Assembly: GCA_032718475.1 (NCBI GenBank) | Contig: JAUCBJ010000837.1 | Coordinates: forward strand, 1 to 64,000 | Source: Nemertoderma westbladi | Taxonomy: Eukaryota; Animalia; Xenacoelomorpha | Direction: 5' to 3' | Length of the DNA stretch: 64,000 bases | Notes under the pieces: model-generated | What the model saw: only the letters and a program-made list of their open reading frames with translations | Databases searched by the model: none | What the model was told of the DNA's origin: nothing | In this document: positions 63,787 to 64,000 of the stretch, piece by piece | How the letters are laid out: each line of letters begins with the position of its first letter | Numbering within the stretch: the stretch's first letter is position 1 | Position numbers and translations under genes: made by a program

Positions 63787-64000
63787 CTAGACCGATGGTC
63801 GGCCTGGTTGCTGTCCCCATGACTGAGGCTGCATTACCAACCAAAATTGCCATCTCCAGGCGCTGGAGTGGAGCAGAAACTGGTGTGACCGCGGTTCGTG
63901 GATGGCTCTGTGGAGACGAGCCCCGATCTCCCGGAGGAAGGTGGATGTCTCTGGACCAGGGCGCCCAAAGGTCTCAAAGGCCACGGGGTGAAAGAAATGG
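63787..64000 (-). pseudogene. C-terminal restriction-like endonuclease region of a CRE-type non-LTR element (runs off the window)
   Basis: F.PVAFETFGRPGPETSTFLREIGARL...EPRSHQFL, followed in a shifted frame by a GNAA-like motif. Confidence 0.7.

Overview
AT-rich, transposon-dense eukaryotic (invertebrate animal-like) DNA with no prokaryotic operons, rRNA or CRISPR arrays. The centrepiece is a nearly intact 18.8-kb BEL/Pao LTR retrotransposon (18948-37763; near-identical ~1.2-kb LTRs, ATAAT target-site duplication) inserted into an RTE LINE. Its single gag-pol frame carries four in-frame stops. Beyond gag-pol it has three unusual features: (i) a 4.2-kb accessory coding region, in the position where env would be, encoding a DEDDy/RNase D-WRN-type 3'-5' exonuclease plus CCHC zinc knuckles; (ii) no tRNA-type PBS, but 12 nt directly after the 5' LTR that are exactly complementary to a segment of its own LTR (self-priming geometry); (iii) a 3' LTR half whose hairpins show compensatory changes across three diverged LTR copies in the window (1211-2430, solo LTR 6965-8100, and the main pair). 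The rest is a second decayed BEL element, CRE-like elements (one with Ulp1 protease and PHD domains), several LINE fragments, tRNA-derived SINEs, piggyBac-, MULE/foldback- and TA-MITE-type non-autonomous DNA transposons, and several minisatellites, one of which was amplified from inside a LINE RT coding region. There is one probable host exon (LamG/ConA-like domain). All domain and clade calls come from motif recognition by eye, not from database searches.
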